A stretch of DNA of 62,950 nucleotides, filler included, from Octopus bimaculoides (GCF_001194135.2; 5 parts of 5 records of this genome joined end to end with filler, not necessarily neighbours in it); one strand, 5' to 3'. Counted from the whole stretch's first letter, positions 22,321 to 34,870 are shown. Translations and numbers: made by a program. Notes: generated by a model not told the origin, from the sequence alone.

Positions 22321-23554
22321 TAATGTACTATCAATAAGATTAAGACAGTTCAGTCATAGAGATAGATATTACTTTTTTCAACAAAATACTTGAGAGAAGG
22401 AATAGAAATAAACTAGCAAAAATCTAGCGAATGATTAAATTACATGAGATGTGTTGTTGTTAATAAGATTACGAAATGTTAATGAGATGAAGTTGTTATT
22501 AATATTTCGAAACATCAGCTTCTTGTTGAGAGATTAACGATTTTTTCCTTAATTACATCTACACCACATATCGAGCAGCTTTATTCCTAGATATGCATAC
22601 CGTACTAAACTATTCGGATTTAGTTTCGAACTAGAAATCTTTACGTTTGAAGTTTAATAATGTTCTTACCCACTTGGTTCCTGACAAATGTACGACTCTT
22701 GTCATAATTTTAAATTTTCATTGAACTGATGGCAACATTAGAATTATTGATTGTTTATAACGACAGATTAGATTAAAGCAATGGATAGGCAGAATCGGTG
22801 GAGCATCGTATAGAAATATCTTGTAATGTTTTACTCTGGTTCTTTACAATTTGACTTCACAAATCCTACCGAGGTCGACGTGCTTTTCGTCCATCCAGGA
22901 CGCTAAAATAAAATATCATTCATGTACTGGATCCGATATGATCAATTTATCTCTCTCCTCCCACCACAAAATTTCAGGCTTTGTGTTTCTATTAGAAATC
23001 CCTATTACTGTCTGGATTAATTCATGTTTTCGCAAGTTTTTTAAAGTCTATGATGCGTTATGTTGATTTTTCATTTCACACACGTATACTTTGCAAAGTA
23101 ATTGCGTGAGAAAACTCTGTATTCAGCACTAAAGTAGATCAGTAGCTATAAATAACAAGTTCTTGGAACGCTGCCCTTCGAATCATGTGTTTTTGTTGGT
23201 AGGGCAAATTTCATATTCATTTGGTGCCGGCCAGTCACCTCTTGTAATTCTCATCAGCTACGATTTGTCCTATGAACTACAACCAACAATTTAAAGGTTA
23301 GACTTACAATTACATATGACACTATGAACTTTGTCGAGCAGCGTAGTTCTTTTGAATTTCTTATTAAATTTAGGAAATAACTGGGTCTTTTCTTCTTTTC
23401 TGTCTTTTTCATAGTTATTGCTAAGAATGTTGTTAATCTTCGAAATTCTTTCCAACTGGAATCGGCTGCAACATTGTTTTTTTTTTTTTGTTTTTTTTCC
23501 TAATTCAACTTGAAAACATTATAATAAGAAATACCAAGTAAATACTAAAATTTT

Positions 23555-23890
23555 GGCTCAAGGTCAACAATTTGCGAGGGAATGTGTTAGTCGATTACAG
23601 TGCCCTCTGTACTAGAATGGTACATTATTTTATCGACCCTGAAGGATTGAAGGATAAAGTTGACCTCTGTAAGATCTGAAGTCAGTATGTATAATTGGTA
23701 CTCCGTCGGTTACGATGACGAGGGTTCTAGTTTATCCGATCGACTGAACAGCCTGCTCGTGAAATTAACGTGCAGGTGGCTGAGCACTCCACAGACACAT
23801 GTACCCTTAATGTAGTTCTCAAGGGGATTCAGCGTGACACAGGATGTAACACGGCTGGCTCTTCGAAATACAGGTACAACTTCTTTTTGC
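23555..23890 (-). mobile_element. SINE family A fragment plus family C-variant body fragment
   Basis: TTTTATCGACCCTGAAGGATTGAAGG (inverse A core), then CGGTTACGATGACGAGGG...GAAATTAACGTGC...GATTCAGCGTGACAC shared with 27470-27770. Confidence 0.65.
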
Positions 23891-24005
23891 CGAATAACCT
23901 AATCACTGAGTTACGCACCTTCAAAAGGCAGAATGTATAGTGTGACAACCAATAGCGCAAAGCATTTTCATGCGAATCTACCACTTCGTCAATAGTGCTA
24001 CCAGT

Positions 24006-24470
24006 AAGGCGGCGAGCGGGCAGAAGCTTTAGTACGCCAGGGGGAATGCTTAGCGGTATTTCATCTGCCACTGCGTTCTGAGTTCAAATTCCGCCGAGGT
24101 CGACTTTGCCTTTCATCCTTTCGGGGTCGATAAATTAAGTACCAGTTGTGTACTGAGGTTGATCTCNNNNNNNNNNNNNNGGGGTCGATAAATTAAGTAC
24201 CAGTTACGCACTGGGGTCGATATAACCGACTTAATCCCTTTGTCTGTCCTTGTTTGTCCCCTCTGTGTGTAGCCCCTTGTGGGCAATAAAGAAATAGGTA
24301 TTTCATCTGTATTTCATTTGAACGTCCTGAGTTCAAATTCCGTCGAGGTCGACTTTGCCTTTCATCCTTTCGGGGTCGATAAATTAAGTACCAGTTGTGT
24401 ACTGAGGTTGATCTCATTGACTGGCCCTCCCCCAAAAATTTCGGGCCTTGTGCCTAGAGTAGAAAAGAAT
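24006..24470 (+). mobile_element. SINE family A, tandem copies around a short gap
   Basis: Repeated GAGTTCAAATTCC..GTCGACTTTGCCTTTCATCCTTTCGGGGTCGATAAATTAAGTACC; two alternative tails. Confidence 0.82.
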
Positions 24471-24749
24471 AATAATTTTGCTGTCTGTATTAAACAACGC
24501 TTCTATTTGCGCCGGAAATATTACCCCATGGATCAAAATTATCACCAACTAATACAGTACTTCACAGAAACTATTACTTGTTTCAAATATCCGTCGAATG
24601 TAAATAATGTAAATAATGCACATAATGTACATAATACCTCATCTCTTAAATATAGAACTGTATTATCTAATCGGTACCAACAAACAATATGAGGACAAAT
24701 ATCCGTCGAATGTAAATAATGTAGATCGATCCTAATACTTTTTGTTACT

Positions 24750-24881
24750 TTAAGCCTGATCCTTCTTCTATCGGTCTCTTTTGCCGAACTGGTAAGTTAC
24801 GGAAACATAAACACGTGAACACGTGTCGTCAATCGGAAGTGGAGTGAACAAACACAGGCACAGACACACGCGTGCGCAAAG

Positions 24882-24939
<58 letters not shown>

Positions 24940-25070
24940 TGGGATTCTTTTAGTTTCCGTCTATCAGGCCCACTCACAAGACTTCAGTCGGCCCGACGCT
25001 ATAGTAGAAGATACTTGCCCAAGGTGCAACGCAGTGGGATTCAACGAGGAACCATGAGGTTAGGAAAATG
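24750..25070 (-). mobile_element. SINE family B
   Basis: Inverse tail, (CA)n, inverse head. Confidence 0.78.
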
Positions 25071-26024
25071 AGAAACAAATTATAATCGCAGCAATAATGT
25101 AAGAATAAAAAACAAAAACGTATCTTGTGGAGAGCATTTTGATTAATATAATATTCCCAATAATATTCTTCGTAATAAAACTGATTTAACAACCAGAATG
25201 GGATTGTTTCTAAATATAATAAACATTAGCAATAATTGCTTTTCTGGAAATAACAAGATCTTCGGGAAAAAATATGTGGCAGAGAGGTGATAACATAACT
25301 TTAATTTAGAGAATTGTACACTTGATACGAGAATATTTATAGGTTTGTTGATAACTTAATGAGAAATCCTAAAGAGTAATTTTTTTCGCTACTTCTTATA
25401 TTATTTACAGGATTGTACAAACGGCGCCGTGTAAAAAAAACCGTTCGCACCGAAAGCATATAGAAAGTTTGTTTACATATAAATAAATAAAAACTATTAT
25501 AGTTCTTAAATTTGACAGGATAAGCGTGGTTGATTCACTGGTGTTTAGGTAACACGCTTAGTTACGTTGACAAAGGGATGTGTGTTCAACCCCCACGCGG
25601 ATGGGAAAGCATTCCTTTTCTTTTTCTATCGCGGGCTTACATGCCCCCTTATTAGTTTAATTTCCTTAGTCATTGCACGGTGACCGCTTCAAGCTTATAT
25701 AAAAATACCTTTTTTATTATTTATATGATTGTAAAAATGGCGCCGTATAAAAAATCATTCTCACCGAAACTATATAATTAGTTTTATTTATTTGTTTTTG
25801 CTTTTATTTTTCTTTTACCTGTTTCAGTTATTAGACGGCAGCAATACTGGGGCGCCACTTTAAGGGGTTTAGTCGAACAAATCGGCTCCAGTACTTATTT
25901 TTTAGCTGGTACTTATTCTAGAGGACTGTTTTGCCGAACAGCTAAGATACAGGTCCGTAAACTAACTAACACCGATTGTTAAAAAACGAAGGGGTGACAA
26001 ATACAAGTACAAAGACACTCAACA

Positions 26025-26094
<70 letters not shown>

Positions 26095-26658
26095 NNNNNN
26101 NNNNNNNNNNNNNNNNNNNNNNNNNNNNNNNNNNNNNNNNNNNNNNNNNNNNNNNNNNNNNNNNNNNNNNNNNNNNNNNNNNNNNNNNNNNNNNNNNNNN
26201 NNNNNNNNNNNNNNNNNNNNNNNNNNNNNNNNNNNNNNNNNNNNNNNNNNNNNNNNNNNNNNNNNNNNNNNNNNNNNNNNNNNNNNNNNNNNNNNNNNNN
26301 NNNNNNNNNNNNNNNNNNNNNNNNNNNNNNNNNNNNNNNNNNNNNNNNNNNNNNNNNNNNNNNNNNNNNNNNNNNNNNNNNNNNNNNNNNNNNNNNNNNN
26401 NNNNNNNNNNNNNNNNNNNNNNNNNNNNNNNNNNNNNNNNNNNNNNNNNNNNNNNNNNNNNNNNNNNNNNNNNNNNNNNNNNNNNNNNNNNNNNNNNNNN
26501 NNNNNNNNNNNNNNNNNNNNNNNNNNNNNNNNNNNNNNNNNNNNNNNNNNNNNNNNNNNNNNNNNNNNNNNNNNNNNNNNNNNNNNNNNNNNNNNNNNNN
26601 NNNNNNNNNNNNNNNNNNNNNNNNNNNNNNNNNNNNNNNNNNNNNNNNNNNNNNNNNN

Positions 26659-26714
<56 letters not shown>

Positions 26715-27469
26715 AGAAAATCTATACGTGAAAATCTATTTATGAAATGTTTCTCTATTTTTGTTTCGTGTTCTGGATTGTAATATGCTGTAAAGATTCC
26801 TTTTCGGTATAAATTCGTGATCAGGTTGATAGATATTTGTCATTGCTGTTTACACAACAGAAATCGGTGCTTTATCTTTCTCAAATATATTCCTCAGATT
26901 AAATAACTTCACATCGTGTTTGACACCATTGAGGAGAAAAGAAAAACAAATATAACAGCAAGAATTATAAGATTTAGTGATATAAAGATGTTAAGGCGGA
27001 AGATACAAAGATGCTAAAACAAAGCATAGCTCGTTGGATACAAAAATACTAAAGCGGTAGACCTGAAAATCGGTAGAGTCCAGTAACGTAGCAAGGAGTG
27101 AGAGGCGAAGGGATGGTCCACTCCGGGCGACGCTCTTATGGAACAGCACTTTTGGGTTTTCTATATATACCTGTACTGGACTTATATCAGGTAGGGGACC
27201 AAATTCAAAGGCTGCTCCGGGTGGTATGTACTCCAGCTTTGCCACTATTAGTGTTGCTGTTTGTTCCGGCTCTTTATGCTCTGAATTCCGATCTTGCCGA
27301 GGTTGACTTCACCTTGAATTTTTTAAATGTTTGGATCGATAAAATAAAATGACATTCAAATTCTGAGGTCTAATTTAACTGATTGCTGACGGGCTTACAT
27401 GCGGTTTTTTATGGATACAGTGGAATCCAAATCTCCTTCCTCTAAATTGTGCTACTCTAAAGGAAAGAA

Positions 27470-27770
27470 AATGGCACTCTGTCGGTTACAACGACAAGAG
27501 TTCCAGTTAATCCGATTAATGGAACAGCTGTCTCGTGAAATTAACGGACATGAGAAACCTTGACGTAGTTCTCGGGCAGATTCAGCGTGACAGAATGTGA
27601 CAAGGTTGGCCCTTTGAAAGGCAGGTACTACTCCTGTTTTGCCAGCTGATTGAACTGGAGCAACGTGAATTAAAGTATTTTGTTGAAAGACACATTGCAT
27701 TGCTGGGTATCGAACTCATGACCTTACGATCGTGAGCCGAATACCCTAACCACTAAGCCATACACCTTCA
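27470..27770 (-). mobile_element. tRNA-derived SINE, family C head with an alternative body
   Basis: Minus strand GGCTTAGTGGTTAGGGTATTCGG..GAGTTCGATACC..TTCACGTTGCTCCAG..CAGCTGGCAAAA, then a body shared with 23695-23890 and 56780-56890. Confidence 0.8.
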
Positions 27771-27872
27771 CTAAAAAGACGAAATGACACGTCAGTATAA
27801 GTTCATTGCTGTCAACTCAATGTTGTCTGTTTATAACACCCTGTAGCACAACCAACAAAACATGCGCACAAC

Positions 27873-27964
27873 GCACTCGCTCATTCAAGCATTCGCTCAT
27901 TCTAGCATTCGCTCATTCTAGCATTCGTTCATTCTAGCATTCGTTCACTCTAGCATTCACTCAC
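27873..27964. repeat. 16-bp tandem repeat, about 5.7 copies
   Basis: Unit GCATTCG(C/T)TCATTCTA read directly from the sequence. Confidence 0.9.
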
Positions 27965-28303
27965 ACATGCACAAGCACTTCTTCTTAAAAGCGGACACCG
28001 TTAAGAAGAGATATTTCAGAAGAAAAAAAGCAGAACAGAAAGGAAAGTATTCCAGAAAGACACAAAATCAAAATCGCAAAATGCCAGGTTTATCTCTAAA
28101 AAATTCAGATATCCATTACAGAATTCCCATGTCATGACATTAAATAAGGATGGAGTATCAAATTATCGCAAACTAGTCTGATAACATTGTTTAGAACGCC
28201 ATACTACCATTTTGGGATTTGTTTACAATATCATAACAAAATGGGCTTTACGTTTAATACTCTGTACTAAGTTGTTACGAACTGATGCTATGTGATAGGA
28301 TAG

Positions 28304-28369
<66 letters not shown>

Positions 28370-29442
28370 CTATATGTGTGTGTATACATATACACACATA
28401 TATATACAATGTTATATATATGTNNNNNNNNNNATGTCTGTGTATATATAACTTTACATGTAATATTCGAATATATATAACTATATATATTATTGTATCT
28501 ATATTACTGAATATGTATGTATGTACGCATGTATGTATGTATGTATGTATGTATGTATGTATGTATGTATGTATGTATGTATAGAGAGAAAGTGTGCGCG
28601 CGTGTGAGTGAGAGATTGGGTGAGAGAGAAAAGAGGTTGTCAGTAGAAACGAGGAAAAAATATCCAAGATCATGAGAGTATATATTAAAAATATACACTT
28701 TTATGTATTGAGTTACATAAGTAACTCAACGGCTGAGATTTTCGTGCATTATATAAGACTTTGATAAGTGCAAGTAAGAAATTCTAGACCCTTGAATCAT
28801 TTATGTAACTTTAGAGCATGATAATAGATATTTGGTGGGGGGGGGGGAGAAGGAAAGAGAGTGAGAGAGAAAAAGAGAGAGAATCTCTGTTAGGTGTTTA
28901 TAATGAATTCGTAGGAGCCTGATGCTAGACTCAAGAATGTGTCCAGGATGTTAGCAGAAATCAGTTTGGTTTGTATTATAATTTCCAGGCTAATTATTTT
29001 GAAAGAAGCTATTAATTACCCATGATGCATCAGCAGAGCTCGTTATCCAGCTCTCGAAAAATCAATCTCCTGGCCGTCGTTGCAGTTTCACTCTAGTATT
29101 GCTGCGTAACTAGTCTAGATCCCTTAGGAGAAATAAGATGACGAATTGACTCACTTTTGCGCCGTCGTAGCTACCCATAGGAATTTCTAAAGGTTCTTTA
29201 CGCGAATAGATCACAAAGATAACGTTATCAATACAAAAATAATCGAAATGTTAGCTAATTAAGCCTGCATCAAAAAATTACACTTCATCTTTAAAAAAAT
29301 GAAGTCTTTTATAAAACAAATTATGTGGGTAAAACGTCATTAACGAGTGAACTAAAATAAGCGACGACCTTCGGCAGAATGCAAAACTCAGAAGTTAGAG
29401 GAGCATATCCAGAAGCCATTTTGTAGCTGTACTGGTTTGCAT

Positions 29443-29446
<4 letters not shown>

Positions 29447-29505
<59 letters not shown>

Positions 29506-29522
29506 TCCTCTCTCTCTCTCTC
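29447..29522. repeat. (CAT)n followed by (CT)n microsatellite
   Basis: Direct reading; source of the poly-Met ORF 29388..29624. Confidence 0.95.
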
Positions 29523-30350
29523 CGAAATGTATCGTCCTGTACCTACATAGGAAATCATGATTTCGTTATTAATACCTGCGTCGATTGTTAAATGCTCTCG
29601 AAATCGGTGCAGTTCACAATTCACAGCTGCAGATAGATCACTTCGCTTGCTTCGTTCATAATTGTTTCAAATTTTGGGAAAAAGCTCAGCAATTTTAAAT
29701 GGTAGCTGGTCAATAACATCGACTCCACTGCCCAGCTGGTCTCTGTGATGCCGACCGCCTTTCCTTAACGCAAAAGCAAAGCAGCAGAAACTTAACGTCG
29801 ATCCCAGCAACCTTTGAATGTCACATCATATCCCCTCGACGATATCTACTGACCAACAAATGTCGAAGTCCTGCTATGAGCCAAGTTTGCATACGAGAAG
29901 AATTAAAATATTCTCTAACTGTTCTCTAGGATATGCGCACAGAGAAGTTATATAATTCCATTGCAGCAGGTCACACAAACATGCGCACATTCATAAAAGA
30001 TTGTCCTGTTTTTTGTCTAAATTCCAAGGGAAGTTTTGTTTAAAGGCGTGAAACGAGCTCTTTCTCTATTATTGGGAAATCTGAAAAATATAACCAAGAA
30101 CACACCCAAGCACACACACGCAAACACACAATTATTTCAACTTTAATTCACCAATAAAAACATCGTTGAAGCATTATTATAAAATATAAATTTGCACATA
30201 CATTTATTTCAGCGTTGATGTAGCAGTAGAAACATTGCTGACGCACGTATAGATGCTGGCATATATGCATAAAAGCATACATATATATATATGCACACAC
30301 GGTTATCAGAATATAGAGGCGAGAGAAAAAAACATCTCACTCTCATAAAC

Positions 30351-30388
<38 letters not shown>

Positions 30389-30904
30389 GCACATACACAC
30401 ACACACACACTCACGCACACTCGCACCACACTTATATGCACATGCATAAATATAAGTAGTATATTGGAAGAGAGTAAGTATTCCAAATTGTGATGCATAT
30501 TCAAAATGTTTTAATTCATTTGATATTTTCAGTATCGTGTGATTTCATGACATCCATAATTAATACCTTTCCAAAACTGATGAAGGCAGATGTTTAGTAA
30601 ATGTTGAAAGCGTTATAATTAACTGCGATAATAGCAACAACAGCGAATGTAGCCTATATCTTTATAACATATTTCTTGTTAAAATTCATAAATTTCAAGT
30701 CAGACGGCGAAAAGAAAAACACAGAAAAACATTTTGGTTCAGAAGCTTGCTTTTGTCAACCGCGTGGTTCTGGGTTCGATCCCACAGCACGTAACTTCAG
30801 GGAAGGTTTTCTTACTGTAACGTTGTGAGTGTAATTTGCAATTTGTTAGATGCTTCCTCTTCGAGAAGATAAGTATCAGAACAAATAGTTACTTATTTAC
30901 ATAG

Positions 30905-31105
30905 CTTGTTAGTTCATTAGTTTCCTAGCAAGTTAGTTAATCAGTTAGTTTGCTAGTAAGTAAGTTAGTCAGTTAGTCAGTCAGATAGTTGGTTGGTTAA
31001 TCATTTAACAAGTTAGTTTATTAACAAGCTTGCTAGTTAATTAGCTAGCTAGTTAACTAGTTAGTTAATAAGTTAGTCAAACAGTAATTAGTTAGCTTAC
31101 TTGCT
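30905..31105. repeat. Degenerate (TTAG/TCAG/CTAG)n tetranucleotide tract
   Basis: GTTAGTCAGTTAGTCAGTCAGATAGTTGG-type 4-nt periodicity. Confidence 0.8.
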
Positions 31106-31489
31106 AGTCGATCTCGCACCCGTTAGCACATTTGGTGGCTTCTCCAGGCATCACAATCGGGTATATGTTCACTACTTTCCCAGTGTGTTGACAGCCTTTG
31201 GGGTATCCTGAAAGGTTTAACGTCATGTAGTTTGTAGTATTTTCTGTCTTGTTCCTCCGGTTAGTGTCCATCTCAATACTTTTTGGTTTCATATCAAGGA
31301 TCTGGTAGCCATATGATGTTACTAGTCAATCGTATATTTGTTCCTTTGTAATGTTTGCGTCGTCGCGACATTTTTGCTTTTGGTATGATCATGGTAAAAA
31401 TTCTCCAGATTTTTCTTGAACCACTTCGGTAAAATATTCAAATTTAAGGTGATTTCTTTTCAATTTTGTCCCGTATTTACATATAGGTG

Positions 31490-31740
31490 GAGGCGCGTGG
31501 CTTGGTGGTTAGGGTGTCAGCATCATAATCGTAAGATTGTGGTTTCGATTCCTAAACCGGGCGACGCCTTGTGTTCTTGAGCAAGACACTTCATTTCACG
31601 TTGCTCCAGTTCCACTCAGCTGGCAAAAATGAGTAATGCTGCGATGGACTGGCGTCCCGTCCAGCTGGGGGAAACATACGCCATTGAAACCGGGAAACCG
31701 GGCCCATGAGCCTGGCTAGGCTTTAAAAGGGGGCATTTAT
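31490..31740 (+). mobile_element. tRNA-derived SINE family C, full length
   Basis: GGAGGCGCGTGGCTTGGTGGTTAGGG A-box, GGTTTCGATTCC B-box, TTGAGCAAGACACTT, CGATGGACTGGCGTCCCGTCCAGC, and a tail shared with 5960-6050. Confidence 0.88.
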
Positions 31741-31854
31741 TATTATATTATTAATTACATATAGGGCCTTTAATAGTGCAGATACTGTACAAGCAGATCT
31801 TAATGTTGATGTCTTGTCCAGTGTGTTCATGGGCCAGATTTTGTACATTTGCTG

Positions 31855-32015
31855 AAACATTGGCTTCAATTTTTGGCACAAGACCAGTAATTTTGGAGGA
31901 GGGAAGAAGTCGATTATATCGACCCCAGTGTTCAACTGGTACTTATTTTATCGACCTCGAAAGGATGAAAGGCATTTTGCCCGGCGCGCTAACGATTCCA
32001 CCCGCTCCCTACTTT
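31855..32015 (-). mobile_element. SINE family A, internally deleted
   Basis: ACTGGTACTTATTTTATCGACCTCGAAAGGATGAAAGGCA joined to the inverse head CCCGGCGCGCTAACGATTCC. Confidence 0.75.
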
Positions 32016-32039
32016 TCCATTTGATGAAATATTACTCTC

Positions 32040-32880
32040 ACCTCTCCGATTCAGCATTTCGCACGCATCGGTTTTAGTGTCTCCGTTATCGCACAGAAAA
32101 TTACCAAGGAACTCAAATCGATACATGTCTTCGACAGTCCACTCTACATCAATCAAAATGAAGTTCTTACTCCTTGACTGATCTCCATGGCCTTTGTCTT
32201 TTCTGTGTTCATTCCCAGTTTGTCTGCTTTTTCCTTATCATTTCACTCAGGCGTTGAGTTAGCTCTTATCACCCTTTCTAGATTCAGTCAATAACATCAA
32301 CGTAAGCCAGGTCAGTCACCAACGTAACCCTTATCAACCACCAACGTAACCCAGATCATCCACCTACGTAACAAAGTCCAGCCACCAATGTAACCCAGTT
32401 CAGCCGCCAACGTAGCCCAAGTTAGACACCAACGTAGCCCAGGTCAATTACCAGCGTAACCCAGTCAGCCACTAACGTAATCCAGGTCAACCACCAACGT
32501 AACCCAGTTCAGCCACCAAAATAACCCACGTCAGCCACCAACGTAACTCAGGTCAACGCAGCTCAAAGTTTGATCTTTCCACTTGCTCCCATGTTCATTA
32601 CTTCCGACTGCCTTCTTTGTGATAAATCCACATTTAGCAGGAAAAGAAGTGGTCACAGGTTCATCCTTGGCGAATTCGAGTGGGGGGTGTCAAAATATCA
32701 AATGCTTTTTTTCATTTTCCGTCTGCACACAGTAAACTGATTTAATAAATACTTCTAAAGCTTCCATATAGAACTCCGGGATCTCATAAATTTTTGCGAT
32801 ACTCCACAGAGATTCTCCAGGTACTCTTTCAAATGCCTTTCGTAAGTCAGGTTAGTACATTTTACCAAGCCATTCTGATT
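32040..32880 (-). mobile_element. Decayed RTE-type reverse transcriptase fragment interrupted by a minisatellite
   Basis: Minus strand: DLRKAFERVPGESLWSIAKIYEIPE...PLLFLLNVD...[array]...VTDLAYVDVI...ELTQRLSE...KADKLGMNTEKTKAMEI, with frameshifts and stops. Confidence 0.8.
32294..32560. repeat. 22-bp minisatellite, 12 units
   Basis: The CGTA core (or variant) recurs at 32301, 32323, 32345, 32367, 32389, 32411, 32433, 32455, 32476, 32498, 32520 and 32542; consensus approximately CACCAACGTAACCCAGGTCAGC. Confidence 0.95.
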
Positions 32881-33852
32881 TACGATTGACGGCTGGCTGT
32901 ACTGTACCAGTAGAAAGGAATCATAAAAATATAGCTTGAATGTGAAAATATATATATTCTAAGCCTCATTAAAAGCAGTATAGTAGAAAACGATTTACTT
33001 CTATAAAATTTTAGTTTTATTTATCTTCAGTTTCTGCATGGTATTGCTGCAATACAGTATATTAAATAGGATGATAATTTTTACAGGCATATTATTCATG
33101 AAGTGTGATTGATAAGGTTGCCTGAAAGAATGCTCTTTGGAGCAGAAGATATATTAACACTGGTAAATTAAACACAGAATACTTCCTGATAAGGAAATAA
33201 AATGGCGCAGATGAAATTGGTTAAGGATAAGTATATAGTTAATGATTCTTAAACAATATTAGGATAACGGCAATGTATTATTATTTCACAGAATAATACG
33301 TAATTATAGCAAAACTTCATTATAATATTGTATTTATTTTACTGTAAATCATTTTGCCGACTGAGAGAAAGATATGTTTAATGAGACTCTCGAGAAAATG
33401 GCAATTGCTATCGAAATAACTAAATGCCTACATTTCATCTATTTAAGAAATTTTCCAAGTAATGAGTGACTTCAGGATAAACCCCATGTGTCATTATGTA
33501 ATTAAAGTAAAAGCAATAGAAGTAACAACTATAACAATTACAATACACAGAGCCATTGAATGTGCCGCTTGGTGGTCATTTGAGATGCTAGAAACAGCTG
33601 TCATTAAATCTATTTCAAAATACACTCTACCATCTTACAGAAATTAAAGACACATTGCATAATAAGACTCATGATAAATAAGACGGAATGGTCACTGTTG
33701 GAAGGCTTTTTTGTCGATCAGGGATAACCAACAACAACAAAAAAGAAAAGTAAATGTTAACAATGTTTATGTCTTAACTGAAACATAAACGAAATGTTCC
33801 AGTTGACACCGGACGGAATGAGATACAACACGAAATTTTATCAGTGAACAGG

Positions 33853-33904
33853 TTTCTTCCAAGGATTTCTTCCAAGGATTTCTTCCAAGGATTTCTTCCA
33901 AGGA
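33853..33904. repeat. 13-bp perfect tandem repeat, 4 copies
   Basis: (TTTCTTCCAAGGA)4 read directly. Confidence 0.95.
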
Positions 33905-34129
33905 ATCTAATGCTCATAGCTTAGTTTTTTCTTGGGGCTGGCCAGATTGGAGCAATCTCCAGTATAACCAACCGAAATTGCAAAGATAATTTGGAACTCG
34001 ACAGAGGAAAGAAAACTTCGAATGACCCGTCCTTGTTTTCTTTGTATCGTCTGTCTGGATGTTTTGTTGTCCCTTTTTTATATCACCTAACTGTCTGGAT
34101 GTTTTGCGTTCTTGTCCCATTTTTGTATT

Positions 34130-34660
34130 TTGTGGTAAGTAGCATGCTTACCAACCACATGGTTCCGGGTTCATTCCCACTGTGTGGCGCCTTGGGCAAG
34201 TGTCTTCTACTATAGCCTCGGGCCGACGAAAGCCTTGTGAGNNNNNNNNNNNNNNNNNNNNNNNNNNNNNNNNNNNNNNNNNNNNNNNNNNNNNNNNNNN
34301 NNNNNNNNNNNNNNNNNNNNNNNNNNNNNNNNNNNNNNNNNNNNNNNNNNNNNNNNNNNNNNNNNNNNNNNNNNNNNNNNNNNNNNNNNNNNNNNNNNNN
34401 NNNNNNNNNNNNNNNNNNNNNNNNNNNNNNNNNNNNNNNNNNNNNNNNNNNNNNNNNNNNNNNNNNNNNNNNNNNNNNNNNNNNNNNNNNNNNNNNNNNN
34501 NNNNNNNNNNNNNNNNNGGCCTAACTTAGCGGTTCGGCAAAAGAGACCGATAGAATAAGTACTAGGCTTACAAAGAATAAGTCCTGGGGTCGATTTGCTC
34601 GACTAAAGTCGGTGCTCCAACATGGCCGCAGTCAAATGACTGAAACAAATAAAAGAGTAA
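34130..34660 (+). mobile_element. SINE family B with gap
   Basis: Head 34130-34241, tail 34520-34660. Confidence 0.85.
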
Positions 34661-34714
34661 GGAGTATATATATATATATATATATATACATATACACGTA
34701 CATGCACACACACA

Positions 34715-34870
34715 ACAGGCTTCTTTCAGTTTCCGTCTTCCAGATCCACTCACGAAGCTTTTGTCGGCCCAAGGTTATAGTAGAAGACACTTGCCCAAAG
34801 TGCCACGCAGTAGGACTGAACCCGGAATCATGTGGTTGGTAAGCAAGCTGCTAACCACACATCCACGCCT
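34715..34870 (-). mobile_element. SINE family B head, inverted relative to 34130
   Basis: GGCTTCTTTCAGTTTCCGTC...GACACTTGCCCAAAGTGCCACGCAG..CTGAACCCGGAATCATGTGG. Confidence 0.85.

Noticed and set aside
24085-24205. Apparent exact duplication of SINE A sequence across a 14-N gap (identical to 24335-24415)
   Set aside because: Identity including copy-specific variants beside a tiny gap suggests haplotype or overlap mis-assembly.
26991-27352. Overlapping 84-aa ORFs on both strands
   Set aside because: No recognisable domain or splice sites, and the region ends in a SINE A fragment; probably chance ORFs in old repeat sequence.
29388-29624. Poly-methionine ORF, and the many HT/CV/YI/RE-repeat ORFs
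   Set aside because: Translations of (CAT)n, (CA)n, (TA)n and (GA)n microsatellites.
32294-32560. CRISPR-like or coding (7-aa) repeat interpretation of the array
   Set aside because: Units are contiguous with no unique spacers, and the 22-bp period is not a multiple of three.
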